The notes: a model not told the origin generated them from the sequence alone. Shown: positions 21,324-33,067, counted from the stretch's first letter. The stretch is DNA of 64,000 bases from an uncultured Nitrososphaerales archaeon (GCA_963695855.1 CAVOHZ010000010.1:1344001-1408000); one strand, 5' to 3'. Made by a program: numbers and translations.

Positions 21324-21874
21324 AAACGGTTTATTTAATTTATTAGCTAAGTGTATGAATGAGTCTTATATTCTTATTATCATATATTTCTACATCTTTT
21401 TTAAACTAACGATCTATATGTATACTCTTTTTTTTACTATAATGTAATTCAGGTTACTCATCCAGATAATCCTGTATCTGAAAAATAAATAATTGTTCTC
21501 GGTTACACAGTTTTTGCTAATAAGATCATAGTCATAAAATAATCCATTCTCAGTTTGACCAATTTTTTGACCAAGTACTAGAAAAAAATATCCAGATATG
21601 ATTAATATTTCTTTCTTTTTCAATTCTTTACATATTGTCCATAAATTATAATATCAGAAAGGTTACTAAATCAATCAATAGTAAAGGGCTACGAGAAAAA
21701 TTGGTTTATTGAAACCTAATTGAGATACCAATTGATAAATATCTTCAGCAGTAGTCTTACCATCATAACCCGTTATAGGTTTTGAAGAATCACCAAATTA
21801 TTTCACATTGCTTTAACAGATTTTTCACATTATTAAAAAATTCTTAAATCTAGTTTTATAATTCTACATATATA

Positions 21875-23161
21875 ATGACTAGTACAAAAAAGCAGATTCC
21901 ACTTTATCCTCTATTACTGATTAATTTTATAGGAACTCTAGGTTTTAGTATTGTTTTACCTTTTTTGGTATTTCTAGTCATAGATTTTGGAGGGAATGCT
22001 ATAGTTTATGGAATACTAGCGGCGGTTTATCCTGCATTTCAATTAGTTGGAGCTCCAATACTAGGAAGATGGTCTGATACTTATGGACGAAAAAAAGTAC
22101 TTCTTGTCAGTCATGGAGGAACATTGATTGGTTGGATATTTTTCCTTTTTGCATTATTTTTACCTGTTGAAAATCTTTTTAGCATTGATTCTCCACTTTT
22201 TGGAACTATTGTTATAACTCTGCCATTACTTGTATTATTTTTTGCCCGAGCTATTGATGGAATTACTGGTGGTAATGTGTCTGTTGCCAATGCATATCTC
22301 GCAGATGTTTCAACAGATGTGAACAGAAGCAAAAACTTTGGTAAAATGGCAGTATCTTCTAATCTTGGTTTTATTGTTGGTCCAGCAATAGCAGGAATTT
22401 TAGGTTCAACTATTTATAAAGAAGTTTTACCTGTCTTGGCAGCTCTTATTCTCTCTCTAATAACCTTATTTGTAATAGGTTTCACTTTAAAGGAATCCAA
22501 ACCAGCAGCAATGATACAAGTTCCAGAAAAAGGAAATATTGGAAAAGTTTTTGCACAGGAATGCAAGGAATGTTACAAGATTGTCAATCCTAAAAAAATT
22601 AAATTCAAAGACGTTTTCAAGCTAAAATATGTTTCATTCTTGCTTTTCTTGTATTTTTTTATCTTTCTTGGGTTTAACATCTATTATACTTCATTTCCAA
22701 TTCATGCAGTTGGTAGTTTACATTGGTCTATAACACAGATGGGAGTATTTTATGCAATCTTAAGTGGGATGATGGTTTTGATTCAAGGTCCAGTTCTACG
22801 TAAGACATTACAAAAATTCTCTGAGGAAAAACTAGTTGTAATTGGTAGTATTATTTTAGGTACAAATTTTATTTTGTTTGTATCAAATGAAACCTTCTTA
22901 ATTTATGTGGCTGCAATTTTGTTTGCAGTTGGAAATGGACTTATGTGGCCTTCTTTCCTGTCAATACTCTCAAAGCGCGCTGGGTATGTTTATCAAGGAG
23001 CAGTACAAGGTGTTGCAAGTAGTTTTGGAAGTCTAGCAAGTATTATTGGACTAATAATAGGAGGAGTTTTGTATAATTTAATTGGTGGATTTACTTTTCT
23101 AATTAGCGCTGGAATTATATTCGTAGTTTTTATCTTGTCTTTTAAATTATTAAAACTATAA
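21875..23161 (+). CDS. MFS transporter (DHA1/TetA-like)
   Basis: GRWSDTYGRK motif A, RAIDGITGGNVSVANAYLAD, many hydrophobic helices. Confidence 0.93.
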   Translation: MTSTKKQIPLYPLLLINFIGTLGFSIVLPFLVFLVIDFGGNAIVYGILAAVYPAFQLVGAPILGRWSDTYGRKKVLLVSHGGTLIGWIFFLFALFLPVENLFSIDSPLFGTIVITLPLLVLFFARAIDGITGGNVSVANAYLADVSTDVNRSKNFGKMAVSSNLGFIVGPAIAGILGSTIYKEVLPVLAALILSLITLFVIGFTLKESKPAAMIQVPEKGNIGKVFAQECKECYKIVNPKKIKFKDVFKLKYVSFLLFLYFFIFLGFNIYYTSFPIHAVGSLHWSITQMGVFYAILSGMMVLIQGPVLRKTLQKFSEEKLVVIGSIILGTNFILFVSNETFLIYVAAILFAVGNGLMWPSFLSILSKRAGYVYQGAVQGVASSFGSLASIIGLIIGGVLYNLIGGFTFLISAGIIFVVFILSFKLLKL

Positions 23162-23471
23162 ATTTTGACTATTAATTAAGGACCTAAAGAAAATCTTACA
23201 CCTAAACTTCAGGTAGCTGAATTTCCCGGTGATAGAAAGCCATTGACTGAAATAGATTGGAAGATATTTTAAAGTAACATAAAAATATTGATTAATCTAT
23301 ACTTTTAGAAATTATCAAAAAATCTAGCAGAATTAAAACAAATTTTGAAGAGTAAATATGACTATTATTGACCTTTTTATTAACAAAAATTAACCTTTCA
23401 TTTTAGAGAAATTGTTAATTAATTGTTTCTAATATATCAACTTAAATAATAACATTCTTTATCATTATTCT

Positions 23472-24512
23472 ATGACTGAAAAAAGCAACCGTTCATTTCA
23501 GTTTCCATTTTATTTTGTAACAATATTTCTTACAATTCTTGTTGTAACCGTTATAATTTTTAGCTCATTAACATTAAACATGAATTATACTACAATAGCA
23601 CAACAACAATCACCTTATAATGAAGATATATCTTTTGATATTGATAATGTGACCTTTTTGCATCATATGGCATCTGTGAATGGTATTCAATTACACTATG
23701 TTACAGGTGGTCAAGGAGACCCTATAGTCTTGTTACACGGTTGGCCAGAAACATGGTATGAATGGAGGCATATTATGCCAGCTTTAGCTAAGAACTACAC
23801 TGTTATTGCGCCTGATCTGCGAGGCCTTGGAGACTCTTCAAAACCGTTTACGGGATATGATGGTAAAACCGTAGCTGAAGATATACATCAACTAGTTACT
23901 CAGTTAGGATTTAAAACAATTTTCCTAGTTGGTCACGATATAGGAACACAGGTAGCCTACTCTTATGCAGCTGCACATCCTACGGAAGTAAAGAGGTTAG
24001 TAGTCATGGATTTAACTATTCCTGGGTTTGAACCTCCCGGAATGATGCCAATATGGTGGCGCTCATTCCATGAAACACCTGATGTACCTGAAGCCCTTGT
24101 AAAAGGAAAAGAGATGATGTATTTATCATGGTTCTATCGTAATCTTGCGTATAATCCATCTGCAATAACGCAAACGGATATTAACGAATTTGTTAGTCAT
24201 TATTCTGCTCCAGGCGGAATGCGTGCCGGATTTGAGTATTATCGAGCCTTCCCACAGGATGCAATTCAAAATATGAATTATTCAAAGACAAAGCTTACAA
24301 TGCCAGTACTGGCGCTAGGAGCAGGATACATTCCAACATTTGGAGGTAATATTACTATGCCTACTATCGTGTATGGGATGCAGCAATTGGCTCAAAATGC
24401 TACGGGTATTACAGTTCCCAATTCGGGTCACTGGATTCCAGAAGAGCGGCCAGACTTTGTAATAAAAATGCTCGACAATTTCTTTGCTTGTAATTCTACT
24501 AAATCTAAATGA
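23472..24512 (+). CDS. Alpha/beta hydrolase with membrane leader
   Basis: HGWPE, GHDIG, GHWIPEE; leader nearly identical to that of the 18125 gene. Confidence 0.92.
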   Translation: MTEKSNRSFQFPFYFVTIFLTILVVTVIIFSSLTLNMNYTTIAQQQSPYNEDISFDIDNVTFLHHMASVNGIQLHYVTGGQGDPIVLLHGWPETWYEWRHIMPALAKNYTVIAPDLRGLGDSSKPFTGYDGKTVAEDIHQLVTQLGFKTIFLVGHDIGTQVAYSYAAAHPTEVKRLVVMDLTIPGFEPPGMMPIWWRSFHETPDVPEALVKGKEMMYLSWFYRNLAYNPSAITQTDINEFVSHYSAPGGMRAGFEYYRAFPQDAIQNMNYSKTKLTMPVLALGAGYIPTFGGNITMPTIVYGMQQLAQNATGITVPNSGHWIPEERPDFVIKMLDNFFACNSTKSK

Positions 24513-24542
24513 GAACTATTATCCCATTAATTCAAAGATACT

Positions 24543-25106
24543 GTGAATACCATATCACCAAATTACTCATGTTTAACAGCAAAAACATCCACATTGATGG
24601 AGCTTATACACATGCCTAATGGTAGTGAGCGGATTACCAGCAGTCCAAGTTCACGTGTTCGCGAGCTTGGGTTGGCTTTGCCAACGCCTCCGACCCCGTT
24701 AGGTGCTTATATTGAGTCTTCGGATGCCATGAATTTGCTTTTTCTCAGTGGCATGCTTCCATTTGCTAATGGGAAACTCGCTATTTCCGGCAGACTGGGT
24801 GACAACCTTTCGGTTGAGCAGGGCCGTGAAGCAGCTTTCATGGCTTCGCTTAACGCCCTGTCCGTAGCTAAGGAACATCTCGGCGATCTGGATCGGCTGA
24901 AAAAGTTGGTCAAGTTGACAGTGCTGATAGCATCAACGGAGCAATTTACTGAACATGCGTCCGTGGCTGATGGAGCGTCAAACTTGTTCGTTCAGATTTT
25001 TGGGCCCAATGCAGGCCATGTTCGATTGGTATATGGAGTACAAAGCTTGCCCGTTGGTGCACCTTTGATTGTTGACACCGTATTCGAAATCGAGCCGATG
25101 TCTTAA
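24543..25106 (+). CDS. RidA/YjgF-family protein
   Basis: LGLALPTPPTPLGAY, LFLSGMLP, VADGASNLF, GHVRLVYGVQSLPVGAP; start probably the ATG at 24612; raised GC. Confidence 0.88.
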   Translation: MNTISPNYSCLTAKTSTLMELIHMPNGSERITSSPSSRVRELGLALPTPPTPLGAYIESSDAMNLLFLSGMLPFANGKLAISGRLGDNLSVEQGREAAFMASLNALSVAKEHLGDLDRLKKLVKLTVLIASTEQFTEHASVADGASNLFVQIFGPNAGHVRLVYGVQSLPVGAPLIVDTVFEIEPMS

Positions 25107-25513
25107 TCAAGCACCAAATAGCACAAATACTGTGAACAATTGAACTGACACTTCCTTTACGCGGCTCTTACGTGTCAAATATCCCATTATCAGGGGACCC
25201 TTCGGGCGAGGTTCGTCGTCTGTTCAATGACATCCAAAAAAAATTTGAAAATACATCATGCAATACATAGTGAGATAATTTTGAAATTGTTACTACAAAA
25301 ACAAGGTCATAGAAAAGCTCTAGCCACGTTGCATGACGTTCTTCATTTTTATTTTTTTATCTTGATTATTATCCATTTTATCTAAATAGTATTATTCAAA
25401 TTGTTATATTGATGATATTCTGAAGAACTAATATTTCTCATATAGTCACGAAATTCATATATTTATAATATTGTCAAAGACTATGAAGATAAAATAAAAA
25501 AATAAGGGATATG

Positions 25514-26593
25514 TTATTTGTACACAAACGTACTATTTTGCAACAATGCCTGTGTAGTAGGATCTATCCTTCCAGCCTGAGACATAGCGAAGCAAAGAGT
25601 CGACATTACTTCTCGTGCACCACCTAGTTTATTTTCCCATTTTGGCAACATATCTTGTACACATTTTTCGTTGACAGCATCAATATACTTTGAAAAAATC
25701 AACCAAGGATTATCAAAACTTCCTACTTGTTTTGCAATATCGCTAAAAAGGATTTCATTGTTAGATTTTCCAGCTGCCTTTTCCAAGTCAGAGATAAATT
25801 CTTTTTGTACTATTACATCATTAATTGTTCCAAGTCTAGTAAGATGTCCCCCAACAAAGGTATCAAAATCATAATTGCTCAGAACTATGTCATGTGCTTT
25901 GATATAACCAGCTATATCTTTAGATACTGCAAGATATGGAAATGGTACCCAGCCTGGAAATATTACATCAACTAGCATGAGCACCTTTTGTTTTGGAGCA
26001 TAAATGAATATGTTTCCAGGCAAATGGTTATTGCCATAATAGTCTAGTTGAAGGGTTTGGTTTCCAATCTGCAAAGTATAATTATTTGAGAAGGTTTCAG
26101 TAGGTATTGGTGGAACCATAGAAGCATTTGTCGCCACGGTTTTAGCTCTTTGTAATTCTGCAGCAGTTTCCTGCTGAGCTATAATAATAGCATTTTCTGG
26201 AAATATTCCTGCAGCACCAATATGGTCTATATGGGCATGACTGTAAATTACATGGGTAACAGGTTTGTCAGTTACCTCTGATATAGCTTTAAGATAATTT
26301 TTACCAATGGTAGGAGGAGCATCAACTGCTACAACACCTTCGTCTGTTACTAGAAATATTGTATTATATGCACCCTCTGTTACCCAATATAGTCCATCAC
26401 GGATTTCTTCAACTAGATATCCTTTCGAAGGAATAGCAGGACCTTTTGCGGCTTCAGGTATTTGATTTTTTGTTTCTGTTTGCTTTTCTTGTGCATAAAT
26501 AGAGTTAGATAATGATATAGTAATAATAGCAAGAATTGATACTGTTGATAATAAAAATAATAGTAACAAAGGGGGATTCCTCTGTATTTTCAT
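25514..26593 (-). CDS. Secreted MBL-fold metallo-hydrolase
   Basis: YSHAHIDHIG, VDVIFPG, VGGH; signal-like N-terminus. Confidence 0.9.
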   Translation of the reverse strand: MKIQRNPPLLLLFLLSTVSILAIITISLSNSIYAQEKQTETKNQIPEAAKGPAIPSKGYLVEEIRDGLYWVTEGAYNTIFLVTDEGVVAVDAPPTIGKNYLKAISEVTDKPVTHVIYSHAHIDHIGAAGIFPENAIIIAQQETAAELQRAKTVATNASMVPPIPTETFSNNYTLQIGNQTLQLDYYGNNHLPGNIFIYAPKQKVLMLVDVIFPGWVPFPYLAVSKDIAGYIKAHDIVLSNYDFDTFVGGHLTRLGTINDVIVQKEFISDLEKAAGKSNNEILFSDIAKQVGSFDNPWLIFSKYIDAVNEKCVQDMLPKWENKLGGAREVMSTLCFAMSQAGRIDPTTQALLQNSTFVYK

Positions 26594-26814
26594 TGATTAT
26601 AGGTAAAAAACATAGTATTTTAACTTTTAATTTACAATCTCATTACCAGGTTCTTGTTACCATAGAACCATTAAGATACAAATAATATGTTTAAGGAACA
26701 TAAACGAATTATTAAATGAACAAAAAAAGTTAAGGTTTTGAGTCAAGATTACTGAATGGTGAATAATTATGATTCTAACATGTGTCAACAAATCTCACTA
26801 CAACTTTAATCCAT

Positions 26815-27070
26815 TTTGATTATTCCTATTTCCAAAGAATTTGGATAGTTGGTCTAGTATAAAGACTGGATGCTGATCTGAAATTCAGTGTTAAGAATAT
26901 GCAACTATTTTACATTGCACATTTTTCTGAAGCCTTTACAGAGTTTAATGTAAGACTGTCTTGCAATTCTCCTCCTAGAGCTGGATATACATCACCTGAC
27001 AAAACAAGAACTGGCATTGAAAGTATTCCCATTGTTACTGATTCCTTGTTGTCTTCTGTCTTATACAATT
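26815..27070 (-). pseudogene. Alpha/beta hydrolase C-terminal fragment
   Basis: DNKES...LSMPVLVLSGDVYPALGG...ILDQLSKFFG is paralogous to the 18092 C-terminus. Confidence 0.7.
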
Positions 27071-27115
27071 TAACATACAGTAAGCATATTAGAATGTAGA
27101 AGCATATCACAAAAT

Positions 27116-27190
27116 ATGATATCTAAAACTCTTGTTGCTATGGATGGTTCAGAGTCATCGTTAAATGTCTATCAATATACCTCTTTTAGA
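27116..27190 (+). pseudogene. Universal stress protein N-terminal scrap
   Basis: MISKTLVAMDGSESS. Confidence 0.5.
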
Positions 27191-27306
27191 GATTTTGGGC
27201 TGACTATTTGGAACAAGCTCAAAATGTCAAAACACGACTCCTTAGATTACGCTCCAAAGTTCCGAACAATGATTTGCGAAGGCCAACCGAACCGGAAACG
27301 ACCTCT

Positions 27307-28983
27307 ATGAGCAATATACGCAAGGGACTTCCCCTAACCAGCTCTCTTATTGAGAAAATATTTCCAAAATTAACTCCAGCTCAGATTCGTCGTATTGCAG
27401 CGCATGGACATATGCGTACGGTTGAGCGTGGCGAAGTGCTTGTCGAGCAGGGAGACACCTCCGTACCGTTATTTGTGGTTGTCACTGGGGAACTCGAGGT
27501 TGTGCGACCTTTGTTTCCTGTTGAGACCCTTGTCACAGTCCATGAAGCCGGCCAGTTCACTGGCGAGGTCGGTACACTCTCAGGTCGGCGGAGTCTCTTC
27601 CGCGTTCATGCCACTAAGCCAGGTAAAGTAATAGAATTAGATCGGCAACAAATGCAAGCTTTGATACAGACTGATGCGGAACTTGGTGAGATACTGATGA
27701 GGGCTTTCATCCTACGTAGAGTAGAGTTAATAGCTGCTGGTGTTGGGGATATTGTTCTAATTGGATCAATACATTCCGCCAGTACGCTTCGGATCAAAGA
27801 GTTTCTGATGCGCAATGCACATCCATATTTCTACATGGATCTAGAACGCGATCCTGATGTACAGAATCTGGTAGATAGTTTTCAAATTTCTGCTAGTGAA
27901 ATACCTGTGTTGATTTGTCGAGGCCAAATGGTACTGCGCAATCCCAGTAACCAAGAAATTGCAGACTGCCTTGGTTTCAATGAAACTATTGATCAAACAC
28001 ATGTGCGAGATCTCCTAATCATCGGTGCAGGTCCCTCAGGACTGGCTGCTGCAGTGTATGGTGCATCAGAAGGGCTTGACGTTATGGTACTGGAAACGAG
28101 TTCTCCTGGTGGTCAGGCTGGTTCAAGCTCCAAAATCGAAAATTACTTGGGATTTCCAACTGGCATATCCGGCCAGGAACTGGCAGCTAGAGCATATCTT
28201 CAAGCTCAAAAGTTCGGGGCAGATATACTCATTGCTAAGGCCACACGGCTTATCTGCGATCGTAAACCGTACGTTGTTGAACTTGGGAATGGAGCCCAAA
28301 TTTTTGCACGTACTGTTGTCATTGCCACTGGTGCTCAATATCGAAAGTTACCATTGGAAAACCTGTCCCGATTTGAAGGTGCAGGCATCTATTATGCTGC
28401 GACCTATGTCGAAAGGCAGTTGTGTGGAGGGGAGGAAGTAGTGGTAGTTGGCGGAGGGAACTCAGCTGGCCAGGCCGCTGTGTTTTTAGCACAGACTACA
28501 AAGCGTGTACATTTGCTGGCAAGATCTACCAGTTTAGTTGCTAGTATGTCACGCTACTTAATCCGTAGGATCGAAGAAAGTCCTACAATAATATTCAGAC
28601 CACAAACAGAAATTGTAGCATTAGAAGGAGGAGGTGATCACCTTGAATCCGTTTACTGGAGAAACAGTAAAACAGGACAAACTGAAAAGTATGGAATCAA
28701 GCACCTATTTGTCATGACGGGTGCCAATCCAAACACCAGTTGGCTCAATGACTGCCTCGCACTTGACGCTAAAGGTTTCATAAAGACAGGCCTTGATCTG
28801 TCCCCAGAAAATCTGAGTGATGCAGGCTGGCCTATTACACGTCCACCATATTTGCTTGAAACCAGTTTACCAGGTGTTTTTGCGGTGGGTGATGTACGAG
28901 GCGGCAATATCAAGCGTGTCGCATCCGCAGTGGGTGAAGGATCAATCGCAATCTCATTTGTTCATAAAGCACTACAGGAATAG
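27307..28983 (+). CDS. cNMP-binding domain plus thioredoxin reductase-like FAD oxidoreductase
   Basis: GQFTGEV (cNMP), IGAGPSG, GGQAGSSSKIENYLGFP, GGGNSAGQAA, FAVGDVR; start set from the paralogous fragment at 15665. Confidence 0.92.
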   Translation: MSNIRKGLPLTSSLIEKIFPKLTPAQIRRIAAHGHMRTVERGEVLVEQGDTSVPLFVVVTGELEVVRPLFPVETLVTVHEAGQFTGEVGTLSGRRSLFRVHATKPGKVIELDRQQMQALIQTDAELGEILMRAFILRRVELIAAGVGDIVLIGSIHSASTLRIKEFLMRNAHPYFYMDLERDPDVQNLVDSFQISASEIPVLICRGQMVLRNPSNQEIADCLGFNETIDQTHVRDLLIIGAGPSGLAAAVYGASEGLDVMVLETSSPGGQAGSSSKIENYLGFPTGISGQELAARAYLQAQKFGADILIAKATRLICDRKPYVVELGNGAQIFARTVVIATGAQYRKLPLENLSRFEGAGIYYAATYVERQLCGGEEVVVVGGGNSAGQAAVFLAQTTKRVHLLARSTSLVASMSRYLIRRIEESPTIIFRPQTEIVALEGGGDHLESVYWRNSKTGQTEKYGIKHLFVMTGANPNTSWLNDCLALDAKGFIKTGLDLSPENLSDAGWPITRPPYLLETSLPGVFAVGDVRGGNIKRVASAVGEGSIAISFVHKALQE

Positions 28984-29012
28984 CAAAACTACAATTAAAG
29001 TTACTCATAGAT

Positions 29013-29040
29013 AGCATAGTTACTAATGGGTAACTATGCT
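29013..29040 (+). terminator. 11-bp perfect hairpin downstream of the oxidoreductase
   Basis: agcatagttac-taatgg-gtaactatgct. Confidence 0.45.
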
Positions 29041-29088
29041 GCGATTTCTGTCTGCAAGAATAGCAAAAACATTTTGAATACAATTGAA

Positions 29089-29904
29089 GGCTCTATCTAC
29101 AAAGTTTTGCAAGACTCTATCATGTTCAAAAATTATAAACTTCAGATAAACTTCCAGTCCCAAAGAGTGCCTTAATATTATTTCTTCGCTTCTCATCTAC
29201 AAAAATTATCTCTGGTTCATACTTTACTGAACGAAGCGATCTCTGCCGAGATTCCTTGTACAGCCATACCTTTTTTGGTGGGGTAAGTACATGAAATAGA
29301 TTACAATCCTCTTTTTGCATATACGATAATAGTCATCAAAAGATCCGATTCTATCTTTCAAATATTGGTTGACTCTTTCCATCAAAATTTTTCTGAAATG
29401 GTGAGTGTAGATAATGTTTTAATTCAATTATGTTTCATGCTTTATCATACCATGTACCTGCATTATCTGTATACACGGTATGTTTTCCATATTTTGATAC
29501 AAGAGACCTTATGAACTTTTCAGCGACTATCATGTTTCTCTCTTCTGAGAGATAGACCCCAAGCACAGATTTATGAACAGGTTCAATACAAAACCATAAC
29601 CAAAGTGTTGATTACCAATCTGAATTATAGTTTTATCTATGATGAACGCTGATACTCTTTTTCTTTTATACATCTGACAGGATCCAAATCGTTGAATCCA
29701 TTTCCAAACAGCAACATAACTTCTTTTTTGGTCATTAAAAGGTTCCAATGCTTTGGATGTATCTCGTAGACTGAGACCAAGAAAATACAGATAAAGAGAA
29801 TACATTACAATAAAAGAAGATGTTTTATTTCTTTCAAATTTAATTTTCATGGAAAATTTAGAACATTCTCAGCTATAGCTTTTACTGCTTATCTGAACAG
29901 AGCC
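29089..29904 (-). mobile_element. IS6-family element, degenerate
   Basis: LYLYFLGLSLR, RSYVAVWKWIQRF, YGKHTVYTD, IERFFD remnants; end GGCTCTGTTCAG (reverse complement, ending 29904); left boundary uncertain. Confidence 0.8.
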
Positions 29905-29915
29905 GCGAAAAACAA

Positions 29916-30818
29916 TTACTTGTTATTATTTTTTGATCTTCTAACTATCAACGCTACACCTATCAAAATAACAATTGTAGCGATTATAGTTAGATATGTT
30001 ACTGATTCGTCAAGAATAGCCCATCCCAAAAAGACTGCTACAATAGGTGCTATATAAGCAAAAGTATTAGCAACCGGTGCTGTACTAACTTTGAGTAACC
30101 AATAAAATTCAGCAAGTGGTATAACAGTCCCGATAAATATTAAAAATATGTAGGATATAATCAAGTTTAAATCTATATCTGAATAAGAAGGAAGTAGATT
30201 TAGTTCTCCACTTAAAACACTAGGAATTAGTAGTAACGATCCGCCGATTAATGTAACCATTCCTGCAGATAATAAAAAATTTTGAGGCATGGAAACTTTA
30301 CTGGAATAGATAGATCCTACTGCCCAAAGCAATGAACTTATTAACAATGATGCAATTCCTACTAGACTTAACTGCTGATCTCCTCCAATCGATGGTCCAA
30401 CAAGGATGATCATGCCGCTAAAACCAAGAGCAAGACCAATCTTTGTTAAATTTGTTATTTTATTGTGGAATATCAAGAACATAAATAATGCTACCCATAA
30501 AGGAATTGTTGAATTTAGTAAAGAGGCAATTCCTGCAGAGAGGTATTGAGCTCCATATGCTATCAATCCATGTCCACCAAGTATCAAAAACGCACCAATA
30601 ATCAAAGCATTTTTCCAAAGTTTAATGTTTGTAATCTCTTGGCTTTTTCTATCAAAAATATAAGAAACTAGTATTAAAATACAGCCTGTAATCATAAATC
30701 TAATATTAAAAGAAAATAAAGGCGGTATAGAATCAAGAACAATTTTGATAGCTATGAAACTTGAACCAACAGTTAAAGATAAGGTAATGATTACTATCCA
30801 TAATTTTAACTGGTTCAT
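29916..30818 (-). CDS. EamA/DMT transporter
   Basis: About ten TM segments; GIASLLNSTIPLW, FAYIAPIVAVFLGWAILDE. Confidence 0.92.
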   Translation of the reverse strand: MNQLKLWIVIITLSLTVGSSFIAIKIVLDSIPPLFSFNIRFMITGCILILVSYIFDRKSQEITNIKLWKNALIIGAFLILGGHGLIAYGAQYLSAGIASLLNSTIPLWVALFMFLIFHNKITNLTKIGLALGFSGMIILVGPSIGGDQQLSLVGIASLLISSLLWAVGSIYSSKVSMPQNFLLSAGMVTLIGGSLLLIPSVLSGELNLLPSYSDIDLNLIISYIFLIFIGTVIPLAEFYWLLKVSTAPVANTFAYIAPIVAVFLGWAILDESVTYLTIIATIVILIGVALIVRRSKNNNK

Positions 30819-31044
30819 AGATACATATTTGCATAAATCATTTAACTTATATCTGTCTCTATTATTGCTCTAGAATTACTATTAAATAGAAACAATCTCT
30901 TTTTGTAGGATCAACTCAGTATCAAAATAATTTATAGAATAATCATCTTATCTTACTACTTAGATACTATATCTTACAATTAATAGTTACGATAGTCAAT
31001 AAGTTCTAGATTGAGCTCATTTGATCTAATTCCCTTACATACAA

Positions 31045-32073
31045 TTATTCTTCTTTTCCGACTGCTAGAGACCAGGGATGTTGCAAAAGATATTCTTTGG
31101 GCCATGGGATATCAAGTGCTTTCCAAGAAAAACCTGAATCAGTAGAGCTAAATATTCCACGGTTATTGAGAGCATAAAATTCTCCACCGATAATTGGATT
31201 TGGGCAAAGTATCATAATTATCGTTGCTTTAGATTCGGGAAGACCTTTTGAAACAGTTTTCCAGTTTTCGTTGTCATCATTTCTCCTATATACCATTGAA
31301 TTAGCATTTTCGATAGAATGTGCTTGCCAAGCCCCTAAAGAAGCTGAAACAATTACGCATTGGGGATTAATTGAATCTACAGCAAGGCCATGAAGGTAAC
31401 GATGCCTAAGCCCTGTTGTAATTCTATTCCATGAATTTCCATAATCAAAGCTTTCAAAATAACCATCACCAGCAGAACAATATAGTCTTTTAGGTGCCTT
31501 TTTATGAGTTGCCAAAGTGTAAGTATCATAAGGACCCTGCTTCACTCGATCTATCCAAGTTCTACCCCCGTCATGGCTTTTAACAAGAGCTCCTGCCTCT
31601 ATTGCAACGAAAATATAGTTAGAATTATTTATGTCTGGTTCAATCCAACGGACATGACTCGTCCAAGGCCTTGGAGGAAAGCTCCATGAACTTGATGATT
31701 CCAAATTGTTAATGCCGGTCATTCTTTCCCATGATTCACATTCATCGCTTGAAATGTATAAGGCAATAGGTTCAGTTCCAACGTATACCTTATTGAATCC
31801 ATTATTTCCTTCTTTCAAATGGCTAACTGAAACCGACGTTATATTCCGAGTGAAGATTTGATTCTTTCCGATACTATACCAACTCTGTCCATTATCATTA
31901 GTTTTCCATAAACCATCTCCAAAAGTTCCGCAATATGCTGTGCCTGTCTTCAAAGGATCGAATATTATACTTTGTGGATGACTTCCTTTCAAATTCTCGT
32001 AAGTCTTCCATCCACTCTTAGAGGATTCGAGCACAAGAACTGAATTTTGCATTCCAGCTATAAGTATCGGCAT
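31045..32073 (-). CDS. BNR/Asp-box beta-propeller protein
   Basis: Repeated S/T-x-D-x-G-x-S/T-W boxes; WSFPPRPWTSHVRWI. Confidence 0.85.
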   Translation of the reverse strand: MPILIAGMQNSVLVLESSKSGWKTYENLKGSHPQSIIFDPLKTGTAYCGTFGDGLWKTNDNGQSWYSIGKNQIFTRNITSVSVSHLKEGNNGFNKVYVGTEPIALYISSDECESWERMTGINNLESSSSWSFPPRPWTSHVRWIEPDINNSNYIFVAIEAGALVKSHDGGRTWIDRVKQGPYDTYTLATHKKAPKRLYCSAGDGYFESFDYGNSWNRITTGLRHRYLHGLAVDSINPQCVIVSASLGAWQAHSIENANSMVYRRNDDNENWKTVSKGLPESKATIIMILCPNPIIGGEFYALNNRGIFSSTDSGFSWKALDIPWPKEYLLQHPWSLAVGKEE

Positions 32074-32116
32074 TACAATGAAGAATAATTTCCCACTGCT
32101 CGGATGTCATATTGTA

Positions 32117-32680
32117 TCATCTTGAATATTTTTCAACTACTTTTTTTATTCTCTCGCGCTCTGTTCCAGATGGCCTTTCCAAATTAGTATTCATGGTCCA
32201 ATACTTGCCCCCATAATAAGCAAGCGGTAGTTTGTCAGCATTATTGGAAGCTTCGATAACGTCACCTACAAATGTGGTATGGTCACCTAGAACAATTTCT
32301 TTAGATAAAACACATTCAATATTAACTGCAGCATCTTTTACCATAATAGGCATTATTTTCTTTGCTTTATAGAATTCGAATCCAAGTTCTTTTAATGCGT
32401 TAACCTTGTCGTACTTGACACCGGTGTAACCACCTGCTACACTTGACATCACCGATTGATCCGTAGCACATAGGTTTACTCCGAATTCCTTGGTCTGTTT
32501 TATGTTCTCATGTGTTGCATCGTCTGGCCTTATACAAACAGCTATTAAACCAGGACGATAGGATATATGATGAGTCCATTCACAGGCCATTACATTTGGT
32601 CCAAAAGGACCATCGCTCGTAATCAAACCTACATTTGTTATAAATTGGTTTGATCTTTCGTCATTCCATGGTAAGTCCAA
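32117..32680 (-). CDS. Flavin reductase-like protein
   Basis: THENIKQTKEFGVN, GDHTTFVGDV. Confidence 0.88.
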   Translation of the reverse strand: MDLPWNDERSNQFITNVGLITSDGPFGPNVMACEWTHHISYRPGLIAVCIRPDDATHENIKQTKEFGVNLCATDQSVMSSVAGGYTGVKYDKVNALKELGFEFYKAKKIMPIMVKDAAVNIECVLSKEIVLGDHTTFVGDVIEASNNADKLPLAYYGGKYWTMNTNLERPSGTERERIKKVVEKYSR

Positions 32681-32692
32681 GAAATATCACCA

Positions 32693-33067
32693 CTAATTGT
32701 TTTTAGGAATTACTGTCACATTGCTTTTAATCTGAGCTTTGGGTTTGAGCTGTTCATATCTCAATCTAAATAGGTCAATTACTGTTGAAATATCTTCCTC
32801 CTCACTATTATGAAACCAATAGCTAATCCATCCTGATTGTGGCAGCACATGATGAGGTTTAACACGTCCAGAGTTAACAAGCTCATCTCGAATCTTCATA
32901 GGAAACGGTATATCAGCTAAACCTTTATTATGTATATGTCCTATTTCTCTTTTCTTTAGACGAAATTCTATACCACCAAATCTATGAGGTTCAACAGTAA
33001 CATAAGGCCAACTTAGTATCTCTTTTTCAATAGTTTCTATAATTTTATTCATAGATATTATATTCAT
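32693..33067 (-). CDS. DUF5519/luciferase-like domain protein
   Basis: HRFGGIEF..REIGHIH...PHHVLPQSGW. Confidence 0.85.
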   Translation of the reverse strand: MNIISMNKIIETIEKEILSWPYVTVEPHRFGGIEFRLKKREIGHIHNKGLADIPFPMKIRDELVNSGRVKPHHVLPQSGWISYWFHNSEEEDISTVIDLFRLRYEQLKPKAQIKSNVTVIPKNN

